Notes: generated from the sequence alone by a model not told the origin. 59,742 nt of DNA from Ginkgo biloba (GCA_024626585.2 JANKJI020000002.1:173988614-174048355); one strand, 5' to 3'. Counted from the first letter of the stretch, positions 27,111 through 41,889 are shown. A program made the numbers and translations.

Positions 27111-29196
27111 GTCTGACAATTTCCTTTTTAAAATTTTATTTTTTGCTCTAATAGTGAGAGAATCATATATTCTATTAGTTTGATTCATTTCCTCATATAA
27201 ATAGATCTAAAACTATATTGCATACATCCATAGTGTTTTTCACACCTTTACAAAGTCTATTTTGGCCTCTACATAGAGAAATTTTTACTTCAACAAATTT
27301 CTATGAATACAAACATGTTAATTCTTATTGTTTGACATAAATTTTAGTAAATGGCCCAAAATTATATAAAAGCTCTTTGATTCTATTATACTAGCACATA
27401 TTTTTACAAGTTAACAAAAAATCATGCTAATTTAGTTTATCCTACATGCCTTTCTACACTATATAAAAACTCTCATCAATTCAATTATATAGATTGCCTT
27501 TTTATCTAGCAATATAGAAAAAGTAAAAGAAAGTCTATCAATATGGATTTTTTCTTATATTCTTTGTGTTTATAGTCTATTTCCAAGTTTGGATTCTATA
27601 TATGGAGATTGTAGAGTCAATCTTTTATTATTTATGTGTTCATTATTTGATTTTGATTTTTCAATATATATGTAATTTCTCTTTTACAGGAATTGAATAT
27701 ATTTGCAACTAAACCACTCACTTTTGGTCACACAAAGCACACCCAATCCTCTAGAAAAATGATATGTAATAAAATGTAATAAAAGGAGTTATAAATAAGT
27801 TATGGATACAACAATAATATTATTTGATAGGGAATGGTTAGAAAATACACTCTTCTAATGAACCAAAAATAGTCAAAACATAACTCAGCATAGGCTAATT
27901 TAGGACTGTATATATTAAATCCTTGATTTGTGATAGCAAGTGGAAAATTCCTTAAGTGTGTTCAAAGGTATCTCAAGAGAATCCTAGCATATTCTAATTG
28001 TATCCATCCAATTTTCAATGTATATTATGATAGCCTAGAATTATAGGTGTCCTTCCTTATAGTCAAGCAAGCAATTTGACTTAGACTTTCTACTTGCTTT
28101 TAGCCATCAAGTTGGATTATTATTATATATAAGTAATTTTATTTCATCATAAAAGATACTTATGTACAAATATTTTCCATTAAGGAAATTTAGAGGTCAT
28201 TATTGGTAGTTTTCTTTGGATACATGTGAACTTTTGATTTACCAAAGGCATACCCTTTTCAATTTGTACACATACCATTGAAATAAATTATCAATATTGG
28301 ACTTACAAGTTCAATTGAAGGAAATTACTTACAAAAATATTTTATCCCATAATTTATCAATTTTAAACTCATTTGACAACTCAACCATTCATGATTTGGG
28401 AATAGTACAAGATACACATTCAATATTTTTTACCATTAACTTAGCTTAATTCATTTCATTCTTTCCTTTTTCAATTACATTATTTCCAAGGTTTCCCATA
28501 TATATCCTATATATTATAACTTCGCATAATCATGTATATTTAACAAGAATGTTGAGAATCCATATTTTTATAACAATCCATTCCCATTCATTAATACATT
28601 CTCATTCAAATATTTGGAAGCCTTAGGTCTAAATAGCAATCATAAATTAGGAACAAGATTTAGATTTCTAATTCATTTCACCTTAAAAAGGACTTTAAGA
28701 TTATATTCAAATTAGAATTAGATATTGACCAATGTATACAGAATACCTCTATCCTTAACTAAACTTCCCAAAAAATGTCCATATCATAAGAAATTCATGG
28801 CAGTCCCATTAGGACTAGGGTCATCACAAACACCTCCAAAAGAATATAGATCATGAGGATCCATATGAGTCTAGTCCTTTGAAATATTAAGGGTATGCAT
28901 TGTATTAGAATTACTTAATGACCCAATTTAAAATGATCCTCTTTGGCCATATTTACCAACTAATGCCCCATTAGGCATGCCTAAATTTTAAGCACCCTAC
29001 AAATCATATCTTGGCCTATCATATTTTTTCAATGATCAATACGTATAGGGATTCATCCATTCAATTGAATTTGTTTTGAAGATCCCTTATTGTACTNNNN
29101 NNNNNNNNNNNNNNNNNNNNNNNNNNNNNNNNNNNNNNNNNNNNNNNNNNNNNNNNNNNNNNNNNNNNNNNNNNNNNNNNNNNNNNNNNNNNNNNN

Positions 29197-30016
29197 CTTG
29201 AATTTATCCATAATGATAACTTTATATTGATAGACTATTCATATGCAGATTAGGCAAGCGGCATAGATGATAGAAAATTGACATCTGGATACTTAATGTA
29301 GATTGGATCAATAATTATTTATTGGTTCAGTAAGAAGAAGATGACTATAGAACAAACATCAACTAAGGTAGAATGCATTATAGAAGCTAGAGCAGCATAC
29401 AATATTACTTGGTTACAACAAATCCTTTTTAATTTGGATCTTTCTTAGAAGAACCCTAGACCCCTCCAAATTGACAACCAAAGCATAATCAAACTAGAAA
29501 AGAAACCATTTTTTCATGTGAGGTCTAAACATATTGAGACTAGGCATCACTTCATCAGGAGATTGATCTGGGAAAATTCAGTGGAGTTATATTATTATCC
29601 CAATATTGACGAGACAACATGCCTCTTCACTAAACCATTAGGAAGAGAAAATTTGTGTACCTTTAGAGAGCCTCTTGTAATAAGAAGTTGACACTTATTC
29701 CATTAAGGGGGGGTATGTTAGATATGTTAGTATATTAATGTAATAAGTGTCATAATACATGCGATATAAATTAGAATAGATTATCTATTATTATATTAAA
29801 TAATAGATAATTAGTTATCAGTTGGTTATAGGTTAGTTAGGTTTTCATAGTATTTGTGTTTCACATTTGAATGTCTTAGGTTGATTAAGATTGTTGTTTG
29901 TATTGATGAACAATTAATACAAAACCTCTCTCACTTTCATACTCTTCATTACTAGTCACATTCATCATTAGATAATTGGATAAAGAGAAATTCAAAGCTT
30001 ATATGGATCCATAACA
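29197..30016 (+). mobile_element. Ty1/copia 3' fragment: RNase H, PPT and 3' LTR (5' part lost in N-gap 29097-29196)
   Basis: YSYAD*ASGIDDRKLTSGY, WFSKKK, IDNQS, FHVRSKHIETRHHFIR, LFTKPL; PPT aaggggggg 29705-29713; LTR tgttag...taaca 29716-30016. Confidence 0.93.
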
Positions 30017-30019
30017 AGT

Positions 30020-30850
30020 AACTAAAATGTTTGTGGATACTATTTTACCAAAAATTGGCTATTAGGTCCTTCTTTCGATTTCTACAGATGAAGAGGATGC
30101 AATCAAGAAAGAAAAAATAGTAGATGCATCCCTTTTTAGGATAGGGTTGATCCATAATTATGTTCTAGATTCCTCCTCTTCCCAATCTCCCATTGATAAA
30201 GATTTAGTAACAGATGGAATTATCAATACAAAGAGCCTTGAATCCAATATAAATAATATTTCTTCAAGTATTGATAAGATTATGAACCAATTACACTCTA
30301 TTAAGATTATCCTTTCTAAAGGGTAAAATAAGCAATAGAAATCAACACGTTCTAACTCAATGTCAAAAGGACAAGTCTAAGAAATTAACATAATTGATAA
30401 GTAATACACAACCAATGATAACAGAACCTCTACACGAGTGAAGAAGAGTCCAAATGGAAAATCTAAAGAGAATAAAGGAAATTAAAATAATTGATTGCAG
30501 TAAACATGTATTTCTCTTAGAAATAAGAAGAAGAAGAATTTATATCACAACTCATCACAAAATCAAGGCATAAGTAAAAGAACTAGGAAATGGTATGATT
30601 TTCATCAAATTGGTGACCATGATCATTCAAGTAGAAAGAACTTGCTAGAATCCAATTCATGATGGAATAAGGTAACATTTTATAAGTCCTTATACAATTG
30701 TTCCTAAATAATAAACTATATTCATTAGTATATGGTCATTAATATTCTCCTTAACCAAGTTCTTCAACTATGCCTACACAACCAAATGCATAAGTCCAAA
30801 CTAGACCTCAATCTATTGATATTCAATATACACACATTCCTATCATGAAT
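30020..30850 (+). pseudogene. gag: Ogre/Tat gag C-terminal remnant
   Basis: MFVDTILPKI...STDEEDAIKKEK; zinc-knuckle-like KWYDFHQIGDH ~30590. Confidence 0.65.
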
Positions 30851-30858
30851 ACAATACT

Positions 30859-31423
30859 AGTAGATGTTAATGTTATAATAAAGGATAAGTAATATCAAAT
30901 CCCATATACATGAGCATAAAAATAGAAAATAATAGAAGGTACTAATCAATTTATTTCCCCATTAATATTTTAAAAACTACAAGTATTATCTCATCAATTA
31001 CCCAAGCCACCATTAAGGAGAATGGTGAAGAAAAATTGATAAAATGATACAATAGAAGTAATGATAATAGAATTTTAAAATAATTCAAAAAGAAAATAAT
31101 AATAGCACATCCACAAGAATAAATTAGATATTTACCCTAGGAAAACCTTTCGAGAGAAAACCCAGCAAAAATATCACTTTATTAGTATCAAAATAAGTGC
31201 TCCAAAGACCCTCACTTCATCATAGTATCATCATATTTTTNNNNNNNNNNNNNNNNNNNNNNNNNNNNNNNNNNNNNNNNNNNNNNNNNNNNNNNNNNNN
31301 NNNNNNNNNNNNNNNNNNNNNNNNNNNNNNNNNNNNNNNNNNNNNNNNNNNNNNNNNNNNNNNNNNNNNNNNNNNNNNNNNNNNNNNNNNNNNNNNNNNN
31401 NNNTTAGGGGTGTAACATCTACA
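30859..31423. mobile_element. Probable nested (solo) LTR spanning N-gap 31241-31403
   Basis: Inverted termini agtagatgtta / taacatctaca (10/11); interrupts gag-PR; TSD not clean. Confidence 0.55.
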
Positions 31424-31479
31424 TTGGTGTAAAATATGCAAAGTATACAACACATATCTAACAAATGGATCATAATCTA

Positions 31480-34400
31480 CATGCAAAAGTAATCATTAAC
31501 TATTCAATTATGAATGGTCTATCTTATTCACCCTCATCCATGTTAGTTCTCAAAGTTCTAGAAAATTATCCATCTAAAAGAGAACATTTACTTTTGGAAT
31601 TAAGTGTAATTGATACTACAATCCCATCACCTATCATATTTAATACATCAAATGTGAAATTTCACCTACTATTTTTAGCTCCTTTTTCAATCCACACACA
31701 AATACTTGCGCACAATGTTATGTGATGCTTAGTGGATGAAGGGTTGACACTCTCTATTATGTCAAATAATACCTTTCAATAGTTGGGTCTTAGAATTTAA
31801 TCCCTATCTCAAGCATCTTAAAATTTTATGATAATAAAAATAATTCTCCATTAGACACTTAAAAATCATTGTCAATTACTTTTGATGGAAACATAGTTAA
31901 TGTTGATATTGAGTTTTTGGAAAAACCACTTGAATACAACATATTATTCAATAGAAATTGGATTGAGGCCATGAAAATAGTCATCTCATCTATATTATAA
32001 AGTATTTAGCTCCCTCATAATGGGAATATAGTTTTTATTGATCAACTCAAGTATGTCCAGAACATTCTTCAACCATCTACCAATGAGCATAAATTACCTT
32101 TGGTTATTACTTTCAATAGTCCTTCTTAAAGGAATACACTAGCACATAGTATTGAGTTATCTAATATTTCCTCAACATATTATGACCATTCAAAAGATGG
32201 TTTTTAAGATAAAACCCTCATTAGGTTATTCCTATGATCTTCATCTCCTACATTCTCATATTCTTCTAGTGGAGATCCTTTCCAATCTTCAATCTACTAA
32301 ATTTTCATAATTTATGCACTCCCATTAGACTATTTCACTAATAATAAAGTCCTACTTCAATTCCTATGGGTAAAACCATCTAATTTGGATGGCAATCCTC
32401 ATATATTTGGTCAACCTTACTTCTTCCATTATAGTGGTTCATTCCTATACACTTCCATTGAAGAGGTAGTAGTGGAAATAAGTGATTTATTTCAAGAAGG
32501 GTTCATGGATTTTTCCTCTTTTATGCCATAATATCTAGATGGATTCAGAGAGTATAACCTTATGAAAATTAGGCTCATAAATAAAATTAATGTCTCCTAC
32601 TCGAATAAACCTAAGTACATTTCAATAGGTGTTGAATTCACATTAAAACAAGAAAAAAAACTTAAGTAACTCTTTTAAGAGTATAGAGACTTCACTTAGT
32701 CTTACTCAGAGACGCTTATAATGGACCCCAATGTGGCTACTCATAGCATATTAACATTTATTAATCCTAAGTCAGTTCAACAATATATTAGAGACCAATC
32801 AATCCCAAACTCTCAATAATTATAAAGATAAAAGTTTAAAAACTTCTTTATGCCTATTTCATATATCCTATCAAATACATCGAATGGATAGATAACATTA
32901 TCCTTGAATGTGAGAAGCATGTTTCAATATTCATATGTGTGGAATATTAAAAATTAAATAAAGCATGCATTAAGGATAATTATCCAACTCCATTTATGAA
33001 TGAATTCATTGATAGAGCTATAGGATATGAAATTTCCTCACTCATAAATGGATTTTTTTGATATAATAAAATCCTAATATCTAATATTAAAAGGCTTAAG
33101 ATAGTATCTATGATGCCATTGGGCATATTCACTTATTGAGTTATTCCTTTTGGTCTTAGGAATGCAAGTGCTACCTTCTAGAGAGAAATGAATTATATTT
33201 TCCATGATATAATTTTAGAGGTAGTAATGACTTTCTTAGATGATCTCTTAACTACATCCATGAATTGTGATGACCACTTGTCACATTTAAGACTAATCTT
33301 TAAGATATGCCATAAATATAAAATAAACTTGAATCCCTTAAAGTGTGTCTTTTATATTATTGTTAGTTGTCTATTGGGATATATTGTATATAAATAAGTA
33401 AATTTTATATATCCCAATGAAATCAAGCCAATTAGGAAAATGATATAATCACATGTTATAAAAGAGATTATAAGTTTATAAGGTACATTCAATTATACAA
33501 GAAAATTCATCTCAAATGAGGTAGTAAAATACAAAGGATTTATTCATCTTCTTAGGAATAATGTTCCTTTTAAATGGGATTATAAGGCTTATAATGCCTT
33601 TGAAGAGATCAAGATAACTCTAACCAATACACCCATGGTGCAACCTCCTAACTTCTCAAAAGATATTTATCTTGTATATTTTTTCCTCAAAAAGTATATC
33701 ACAGTGGTATTAATGTAAGAGAATTAAGATAAAAAGGAACACATAATTTATTATATAAGTAAGACCATTACAGGATATCAATTTAAATACTCTATCATGG
33801 ATAAATATTGTCTTTCTCTTATTTACTCATTGAAGAAATTACACCATTATCTCTTGAATAGCTATATGAGGGTCATTGTTTCACAAAAAACACTTAAGTA
33901 CTCACCCCAACAAACAAATATTTTTATAAGAATAGGAAGGTGGATCATATTGCTACAAGAATTTAACCTTGAATTTGTGAATATTAAAGAAGTTAAAGGG
34001 AATTAGTGTGAAGGAAACTATAGTTGATACACAATTTCCTAATGAGCATATCTTTATATTGAGTTTATAAGACCCTTGATATGGGGATATTATCCTCTAT
34101 TTTGTACTCAGAAATACTAATTTAAAACACCAAAAAAGGATAATAAATAGATTAGGAAATAATATCCTTATTAATTTATCATTATTGATACACTCTACAA
34201 ATGTAGTATCAATATGATTTTACAATGTTGACTTGATTATTAAAAATGAGACAAGGTTGTAAATGATTATCACTTGGGGTCATATGGTAGTCATCAATAT
34301 GTCCATGGATATGGTAGAAACAATACTCCATGTAGGTTATTATTAGTCAATTAGATTTCAATATTATTTCTATGTGATTAAGTAGTGTATAATTTATAAA

Positions 34401-35313
34401 ATATTCAAATTCAACCAAATGTATCCCCCTGTGCTTATTCAACTAGTAATTTTTATAAGACCATTATCTAAATGGGGTATTGATTTAATAGAATATCATC
34501 CTTCATCAAATTACCAACATAAATACATCATTTTCATTGTTGAATATTTCACCAAGTGGGTGGAATTTATGCCTATTCATAGAGAAGATGGATATTCAGT
34601 AATAAAATTCTTCTTAAATAAAACTATATGTAGGTTTTGAGTCCCTCAAAAAATCATTTCTGGCCATGGTTCCCATTTCATTAATAAATAATGTAATACC
34701 TATTTTAGAAATTAAGAATGGATCATAATATTTCCTTGCCATATTATCCCCAATCAAATTGTCAAGTTGAGGATGTAAACAAAGTAATTAAGATATTAAT
34801 CTAATAAATCATTTTAAAGCATAAGTGATATTGCACACCAAAATTTATTTATCTCTTTGGGAATATAGGAAAAATACAAAACTTATTATTCATAACATTT
34901 TCATTGGTATGTGTAAGAGAGGGCATTCTACCAATAGAATATGACATTCCTTCACTCAAGATTACTATGCAATAACTTCCTAACGTGTCACCACTTGAAG
35001 AAATACTAGTAGAGATTAAACAACTCAATGAGAATGACATATTTCTTTCCAACATTTGGAATCTCAAAAGAGACTATTTAAGGCTTCATACGACTCAAAT
35101 GTTAGGCCTAGATAGTTCAATTAGGGAGACCTTGTGCTAGTTTGGAACCAATATACTAATAATATAGGGATAGAAAATTTCATTCCTTAATGGCATGGCC
35201 CTTACATCATGAAGGAAACTCTTAATAGGGGATCATACCCATTATTATATAGGTATGAAACAAATTATGGAGACTCAATCAATGGTATTTATATCAAAAA
35301 AAAAATTGACTAA
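31480..35313 (+). pseudogene. pol: Ogre/Tat pol pseudogene (PR-RT-RH-INT)
   Basis: CLVDEG 31726; PFGLRNASATF ~33145; FLDD 33233; IGRWIILLQEFNL ~33930; KWGIDL..EYFTKWVE (ORF 34419-34640); WHGPY ~35190; stop 35311. Confidence 0.93.
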
Positions 35314-35873
35314 TAAACATTTGATTTTTCATGTAAATATAAAATTATCATAAAAAGAAATTAAAATAAAAAACCATAAAACACAAATCTTATATATAGA
35401 GAATAACTCCATAAGTTTTATTAATATATATGATTCCAAAATGTGTGCATAAACATAATAAGTATCATATAAAATAAGGATTGAAGTATTTCTACTACTT
35501 TCACTATGTGTTAAAAAATATCATGATCTTAAAACACTAATGGCCTCCTCTAGCTTGGGCCCTCTATCAATCACATCACTCCTTAGTATGAGATATAATC
35601 TCCTTAACCTTATTCCTCCTCACTCAATCCATCCTATCAACATTGACCATAACACCCAATACTATATATTCCAATATCCTCATAAAAGGGGGAAGTTCCC
35701 CAATATTCTATATAATCTCTATAGAGAGATGATGTTGAGCTCTACAATAGAATCTCTCAAGATAATATATCCTTAATGAGTTGTGCCTTGCTTATAATTA
35801 TAGGATCAAATTCAAACTCCTTGGAGGGAGGTTTGATTGATCCCATTTTTTTTATATTACAACAAGAGTTAAC

Positions 35874-35877
<4 letters not shown>

Positions 35878-35908
<31 letters not shown>
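35878..35908. repeat. (TA)n microsatellite
   Basis: About 15 TA units. Confidence 0.95.
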
Positions 35909-35911
<3 letters not shown>

Positions 35912-35999
35912 TTTTTATAAAATGCTAAAATAAAAAATAAAAAATGATTATTTTTAGTTACCTCCTAAGGATTCCTCCTCATCACTGGGCATTTATAAA

Positions 36000-36832
36000 T
36001 TAGGATTATCTCCAATAAATCCCTACATAGGGGTGTCCAACGAACTTGATATTATTAGTTGAATCAAAAGAGGCCAAGTTGTTCACACTTGCATCAATCC
36101 TCTAATGACCAAAAGTAGCTATATCGATGCCAAACCATGGGATCAGAGTGACTCACCATTACATCTAAGGAAGAGAGGGTTCTATCAAATAAGGTTTAAT
36201 ATCTAGCCTCAATATAAGAAATTTCTCAAATAAAATGGTCGTAAGAATAAAAGTAAGGTTGAACTTATAATGTCTCTATGTATAATCATCTAACCCCCAG
36301 ATCATCTCATTGAGTATACATATATTTTAGGGGAACAATTTTCCTAGCACTATATATCGATGGATGAGGTTCTCAAACCTTAAATGGACTTTAAAAATAA
36401 TATCCTAATGGGAGATTATATTGTATATGATGTTATACACCTAATAAATATGATCATATATAATATATTAAACAACCAACATTTCATTGGAGATCAAATT
36501 ATACTTCATTCCCATCAATTGGGAAGAAACCTTACTCACTCTAGTGTGAGGAAAAAGACCAACTAATGTGGAAAAGTCAATATCAATCCCTCTTTGATAT
36601 AAATTAATGAAAAATAATATGTTCTCTTCCATAAATTATAATCTCAAATATCATTTAATATTGAAATTATAAGTGTCCACATTCCACTACAAAATTATCA
36701 GATTAAATAAATTATTATTGGTCCTAAAGGGTGGGGCAAGGAAAAATTTATATAAACCACATTCATGAAGCCAATCATAAACACAATGAGATATATATTT
36801 TGGATGCTACAATTCATATAAAATTATTTCAT
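36000..36832 (-). pseudogene. Antisense accessory ORF remnant, plant mobile domain (PMD/aminotransferase-like)-type
   Basis: YDWLHECGLYKFFLAPPFRTNNNLFNLIIL*WNVDTYNFNI (~36660-36780) and KFNLTFILTTILFEKFLILRL (~36205-36267), in the 3' internal region opposite to pol. Confidence 0.6.
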
Positions 36833-39534
36833 AGCCTTCCCATTAATTTTCCCTAGAAATATTGATGAATTAATAGCAAAATCCTATAAAAAATAATTAA
36901 AAAATCAATTAGTACTTAAAACATCAACAAATTTTATTAAAAAAGAAAAATAAATTTTAAAAACATGTGAATTTTGATCCACTCCCCAGTGGTATACATT
37001 TTAATGAAAATAAATTCATTGATTAACATGCAAAAAAACAAACTTGCATGATAACCAGTGTGCCCAATTGCAAAAATGTTTGTTGATGGGTGCACAACCA
37101 AATTTACTAAAATATTTACAAAAAAAATAAATTAAATTAATAAATAAAATAAGATATTTGGGTAAAAAATAATACCTAGAAATCATTGTTATAGTTATTT
37201 AATATCCAGATCTCCAAGTCACTATTAATCCAAATAGTTAAAATGAGGGTTAAGAAGGTTTTTATACCTAATTCATTTTTTATTTTTACCCTTTTTTTCT
37301 ATAGTTAAGTTGGTTGTTTAAAATAATAACCTAAATTTAGAAAGTATGGTTGATTCCATATGTGTTGCCTATGGTTTCATAAATGGATCTATAAGATAAA
37401 ATTTCCACATAGTTGTAGTATCTTAGGTCTTATTCCAAGAAGACTAAGAGATTTTAGTTTTCTCAAATAATTTCTTGTTTATTTTCTTCCCACTCACAAA
37501 TAATGAAGAAAAATGCCACGCAATTATTGGACTCTTAAAAGACACTTATAACTAATAAATAATTCATCGTATTATGTATTATGACTCTCAATTAGTCATT
37601 TCAAAACTTGATGATGCATGGTAAATCTACAACCCAACAATTCAAAGTCTCCTTAGACAATCTTTCCTTTACATGCATCCTTCTCAACAAGTATCGTTTC
37701 ATCACATTTAAAGGGAGACCAATATAATATCTAATAGAATAGAATCCAATATCATCTAATGGAACATATTCCATTTATATTAATACATAAAACATAGGTC
37801 AATTATATGGGAATAGCATCTTAGTAATTAACCTTTTCATATAGGATAGGTCTATATTCCATCTAATGCATCAAATAAGCATCATACACACTTGAGTTTT
37901 AGGTTATCCATTATATGATGATAGTGATATCCTTTATAATCATGTTCTTCTTCCTTAATTATTAGTCATGTTAGAGCCTATCCAAATCTAGGTAGATTCA
38001 TAATTAGTTTTCGCACAACTCACCATTAGTGTGCATTGCATATGCCATCATTTATCTTTTTAGAGAGACTATTTGATTATATTCTCATATGATAAAAGTT
38101 CATAACATTTTTTATCCACTACCCATAAATCTCCCCACCAAAAATGACTCCTCTCTCTCTATCATTATGTATCAGTATCTTAGTGATTGATCTTGAATAT
38201 AGAGTAATAACACTCATCTTAATTCATTCATAATATTTATCACACCTCAATCCTAAGTTCATGTTTTATTAATTCGTATTCCATCCACACTCAGTCCACA
38301 TTGAGTGAAGCATTATTAAATCAGTATTCTAAAACCAAAACTTAGTCCATATATGTATTTAGTTTCTAAATAACTCACCACCATGTTCTTAGGGATATAT
38401 TCCACATAAAACTCCAAAGAACCCATACCTTTCATTGTATTAATTTCTTCACATAGCTATTAATTCCACCTCCATCCATGTACAAGCTACCAAAAATTAA
38501 ACATAAGTACAAGTACTAATAAATTATTAACTTAAATTATTTATTAATTAATTGGGATGAGGTGATTTTCTAGTTGAGCATGATATCCCATATATCATTG
38601 AACTAAGACTAAAGAAATATTATTTCCTCATTCAAACCATACACATTAATTCTTAGTTAGTTATTAGTTACTTTTATAATCAAAGTATTTATCGCCAAGC
38701 CTTACTTTTCTTTCCATAGGTTGATAACCCTCAAAATTCTTGTAAACCTCTCCATCAAGTCTAGGTTTTTTAAATTATACCAATTATTTAAAGATTGTGG
38801 TCTCTATATTCTCACTTATTGATTCACAGTCTGAGCAAACCACCTCTAGTATATATCTAGTTCATCCTCATATAATGTGAGTTTATTATATCCACATATA
38901 TTGTATATTCCATGAGTCTTATTTTACATTAGTAATATATAACATAATGTTCCATCACATCCTTGAATAGTTTAATAGTTTGGAGTTTTTATAATGCAAA
39001 TACCTTTTGATAATAAAATAACTACTGCATTCAAAAGAGAATCAACTAATTTTTCAACATTAAAATATCATCTTAATAATTTCTTTATCTATTTCATTGA
39101 TAATGGAAAATAAATTGATCTGGTATTACATCATTTAATGTTGTATTTCTTCATTTTAATTTTTATAAAAATACCTAAAGTCGGTACATGTCCAACTCTT
39201 ATTCTTTGATAATAATTAGCTATTGAATTTGGGACATGTCCAAATATTTAGTATAATAAGTGAGCATGGGATATGCCCATTCACCTTATTGCATCATAAG
39301 AGAAACTATAATCTTATCTTATTACAGGTGAAGGTTAGTGACTCAATATCTCTATCCCCTATTTGCACTACATCATCAAAATTAGGAGAAGATTATTTTT
39401 GGAAATAATTTTATAATTAGACATTGCACCAAGACCCACAATTAGTTAGGAATAAAAAAATATTTTGGATAATCAAGTACAAAAGTATTTTTTCCATTTG
39501 ATTGTTTATTTCCCTCACACTTTAGGAAGAAATC

Positions 39535-40391
39535 TATTAACAAATAAAATTTATCCTAATGGAAATTGCATAAAAACATGAAAAATTATTACATAGAATC
39601 CTTTACCATAAATATTAAAGTACTCTCCTATGATTTACCATAGCACAATTCATCATAATAAATGGAAAAGGAAGGTCAATTCTTGGAAGGTGGGAATAAT
39701 TAGTCAAAATTATTAACAAAACTAGCTAATTGTCCTCATATTTAGAAGCTTCATTTTCCTTGCAATGGGGAATGAATTTGGATATAGGATCCAATCCCAA
39801 GAATATTTGTTATGAATAATAAACAAGGTTATTAATCCAAAGATTGGAATTTTCCTTCCATAATTTATATAAACACCTCTTCCCATGAGGTGATGAGAGA
39901 AAAAAATTTCTATACATGTGAAATCTCTATTAGTTTGCTTGAAGGAATATTGGAAATTGGAAGAGATTAATCACTAATATATGGATATATAGAGACTCTT
40001 TAGAATTTTCTTACACTTGTAAAACCATAACTTATTTATTTATCCTTTATTCATTATTTGTTCTTGTAATTAATACTTATCATTAAGGGAAAGATATTAT
40101 ATTATCAATATTTATGTTAAATTCTATTAATGTTAAGTTTTAATTTTATTGTATAATGTTTCACTTACTATCAAGGTTCTACTTTTTCATTTCTATGAAG
40201 TTGAGGATAGGATTCCCATCCCTTTTGAAATCTTCAAGGAAGTAGCAAATGGAATATGTTAACAATAATTTATAGGTATATTTACCTCTTCCAAGATTTC
40301 TTATCCCTACAAAAACCATAAACGTATGATGTTTCAATAGTGAATGGTCATTATGGCTAGTCTAGTAGGAGTCCAAACCCACACCCCATTA
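39535..40391 (+). repeat. 3' LTR of the Ogre/Tat element
   Basis: tattaacaaataaaattt...ccccatta, preceded by purine tract aggaagaaa (39524-39532). Confidence 0.9.
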
Positions 40392-40396
40392 AATAA

Positions 40397-41889
40397 ACAC
40401 TAAATCCATTGATTATTTAAGTTGTGAAGAGAGAGTTAGAGAATATTCTTACTATCAATATGGCCTACTTGATTTTAGACTACCAATGGGTTTTCCCATT
40501 ATGGTTGTCCAAAATAAAGGATATAAATGGAATCTATATTGCCTATAGAATTATAAACAAATTCAATCAAAACTTGATAATTTTTCATCTATCATTTATT
40601 CATCTAGTCTTGGAATGGCTTGTCCATAAGAAATATTTCTATTTTTTTTACTTGACGTTTTAAGTTATATTTAGATTTAAGTCATTTTATATAATTTATA
40701 TGAGACAACATTTTTCTATCCTTAGAGAACATTCATATATTATATATTCCCTTTCTACTTGTTTAATTATCTTACTATATTTTAAGTGGTTTTTTTTTTT
40801 AATTTTCTTTAAACACATAAGTGATTTTATAGAGGCATACATGGATAATTTTTCTATCTATGGACATATAGTTAAGGAGGCCTTAGATAAATTAAATTTA
40901 TATTATATAAAATAAAACAAGAATTAATATCCTTAAGTAGTAATAATTTTAAAATGTTTCTCATAATAGGTATTATACTTGATAACTTACCATATAAATA
41001 ATAAATTAATCTAGCCATGATTATTATCATAAAAAAAAAATCTCCTAATTAACCAAAGTAAAAGATATTAGAATGTTTTTTGGACATGAAGGATATTATT
41101 ATTAGTTAATTACAAAATTCATAAGGATTGATATCCCTTTCTCTAATATTTGATAAAATATATATATAGTTTAGAGGGATACTAGAGTTTGAATAAGATT
41201 TTTAAATTTTGGACGAGAGGCTAATCTCCACACTAGTCCTATGATGCTTTGATTAGAATCTCCATTTTTGTATTCACACTAATGCATATGATTTTAATTT
41301 TAGAGTTTTTCTTAGTCAAAATTCTTATTTAATAAAATACACAATTTATTATTCCAATAAAGATATGTATTCTATTGATCATAATTACACTATCATAAAA
41401 AAAGAATTCTTGGTCGCTATTTTTTCCATTGATAAATTTAGGCATTATAGTTTGTAGTTTTCTATTATAATATGTATTTATCATGATACATTAAATTTAT
41501 CATGAATAATACCACCATAAATACTCTAATTATTCCATGGATCTTATTATGAAAAGAATTTAACTTAGAAATTGCCAATTAACTAGGGAAGGAAAAAGTA
41601 GTTGTAGATCATAGTTTCAAAGTTGTAGATTTGTAATAAGTGTTCTTGATGAACACTTATTTGATTTTATAATTATAACCCCTTGATATGTATCTATTTA
41701 AAACTTTAGAAAAATATGAGTTATAACCCAGTATTTATCCAAGAATGAATGGAATTATTTGGTACACAAAATTCTACTTATACATGGATAAAATGATATT
41801 TATACAAGAATGGACTCAAGAACTTCCTTATTAATGCCTTAAATAAAATTTAAAAAAAATATGTTCTTAAGGTAGTTCATGGTGAAACT
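40397..41889 (+). pseudogene. pol: Athila-like RT-RNase H-start of INT (continuation of 22540-26262)
   Basis: LNPLII*VVKRELE..DYQWVFP; FIEAYMDNFSIYG ~40830; IHTNAYD; KKEFLVAIFSIDKFRHY ~41400. Confidence 0.9.

Larger units (their letters stand above)
26263..40391 (+). mobile_element. Full-length degenerate Ogre/Tat-type Ty3/gypsy element (~14.1 kb including nested inserts), TSD aataa
   Basis: Two LTRs, PBS and gag-PR-RT-RH-INT; aataa at 26258-26262 and 40392-40396; removing it restores the host RT frame PI*QL**|TLNP. Confidence 0.92.

Noticed and set aside
36983-36992. tccccagtgg, reverse complement of part of the Ogre PBS, upstream of the antisense ORF
   Set aside because: Only ~10 nt and no adjacent LTR terminus; chance cannot be excluded.
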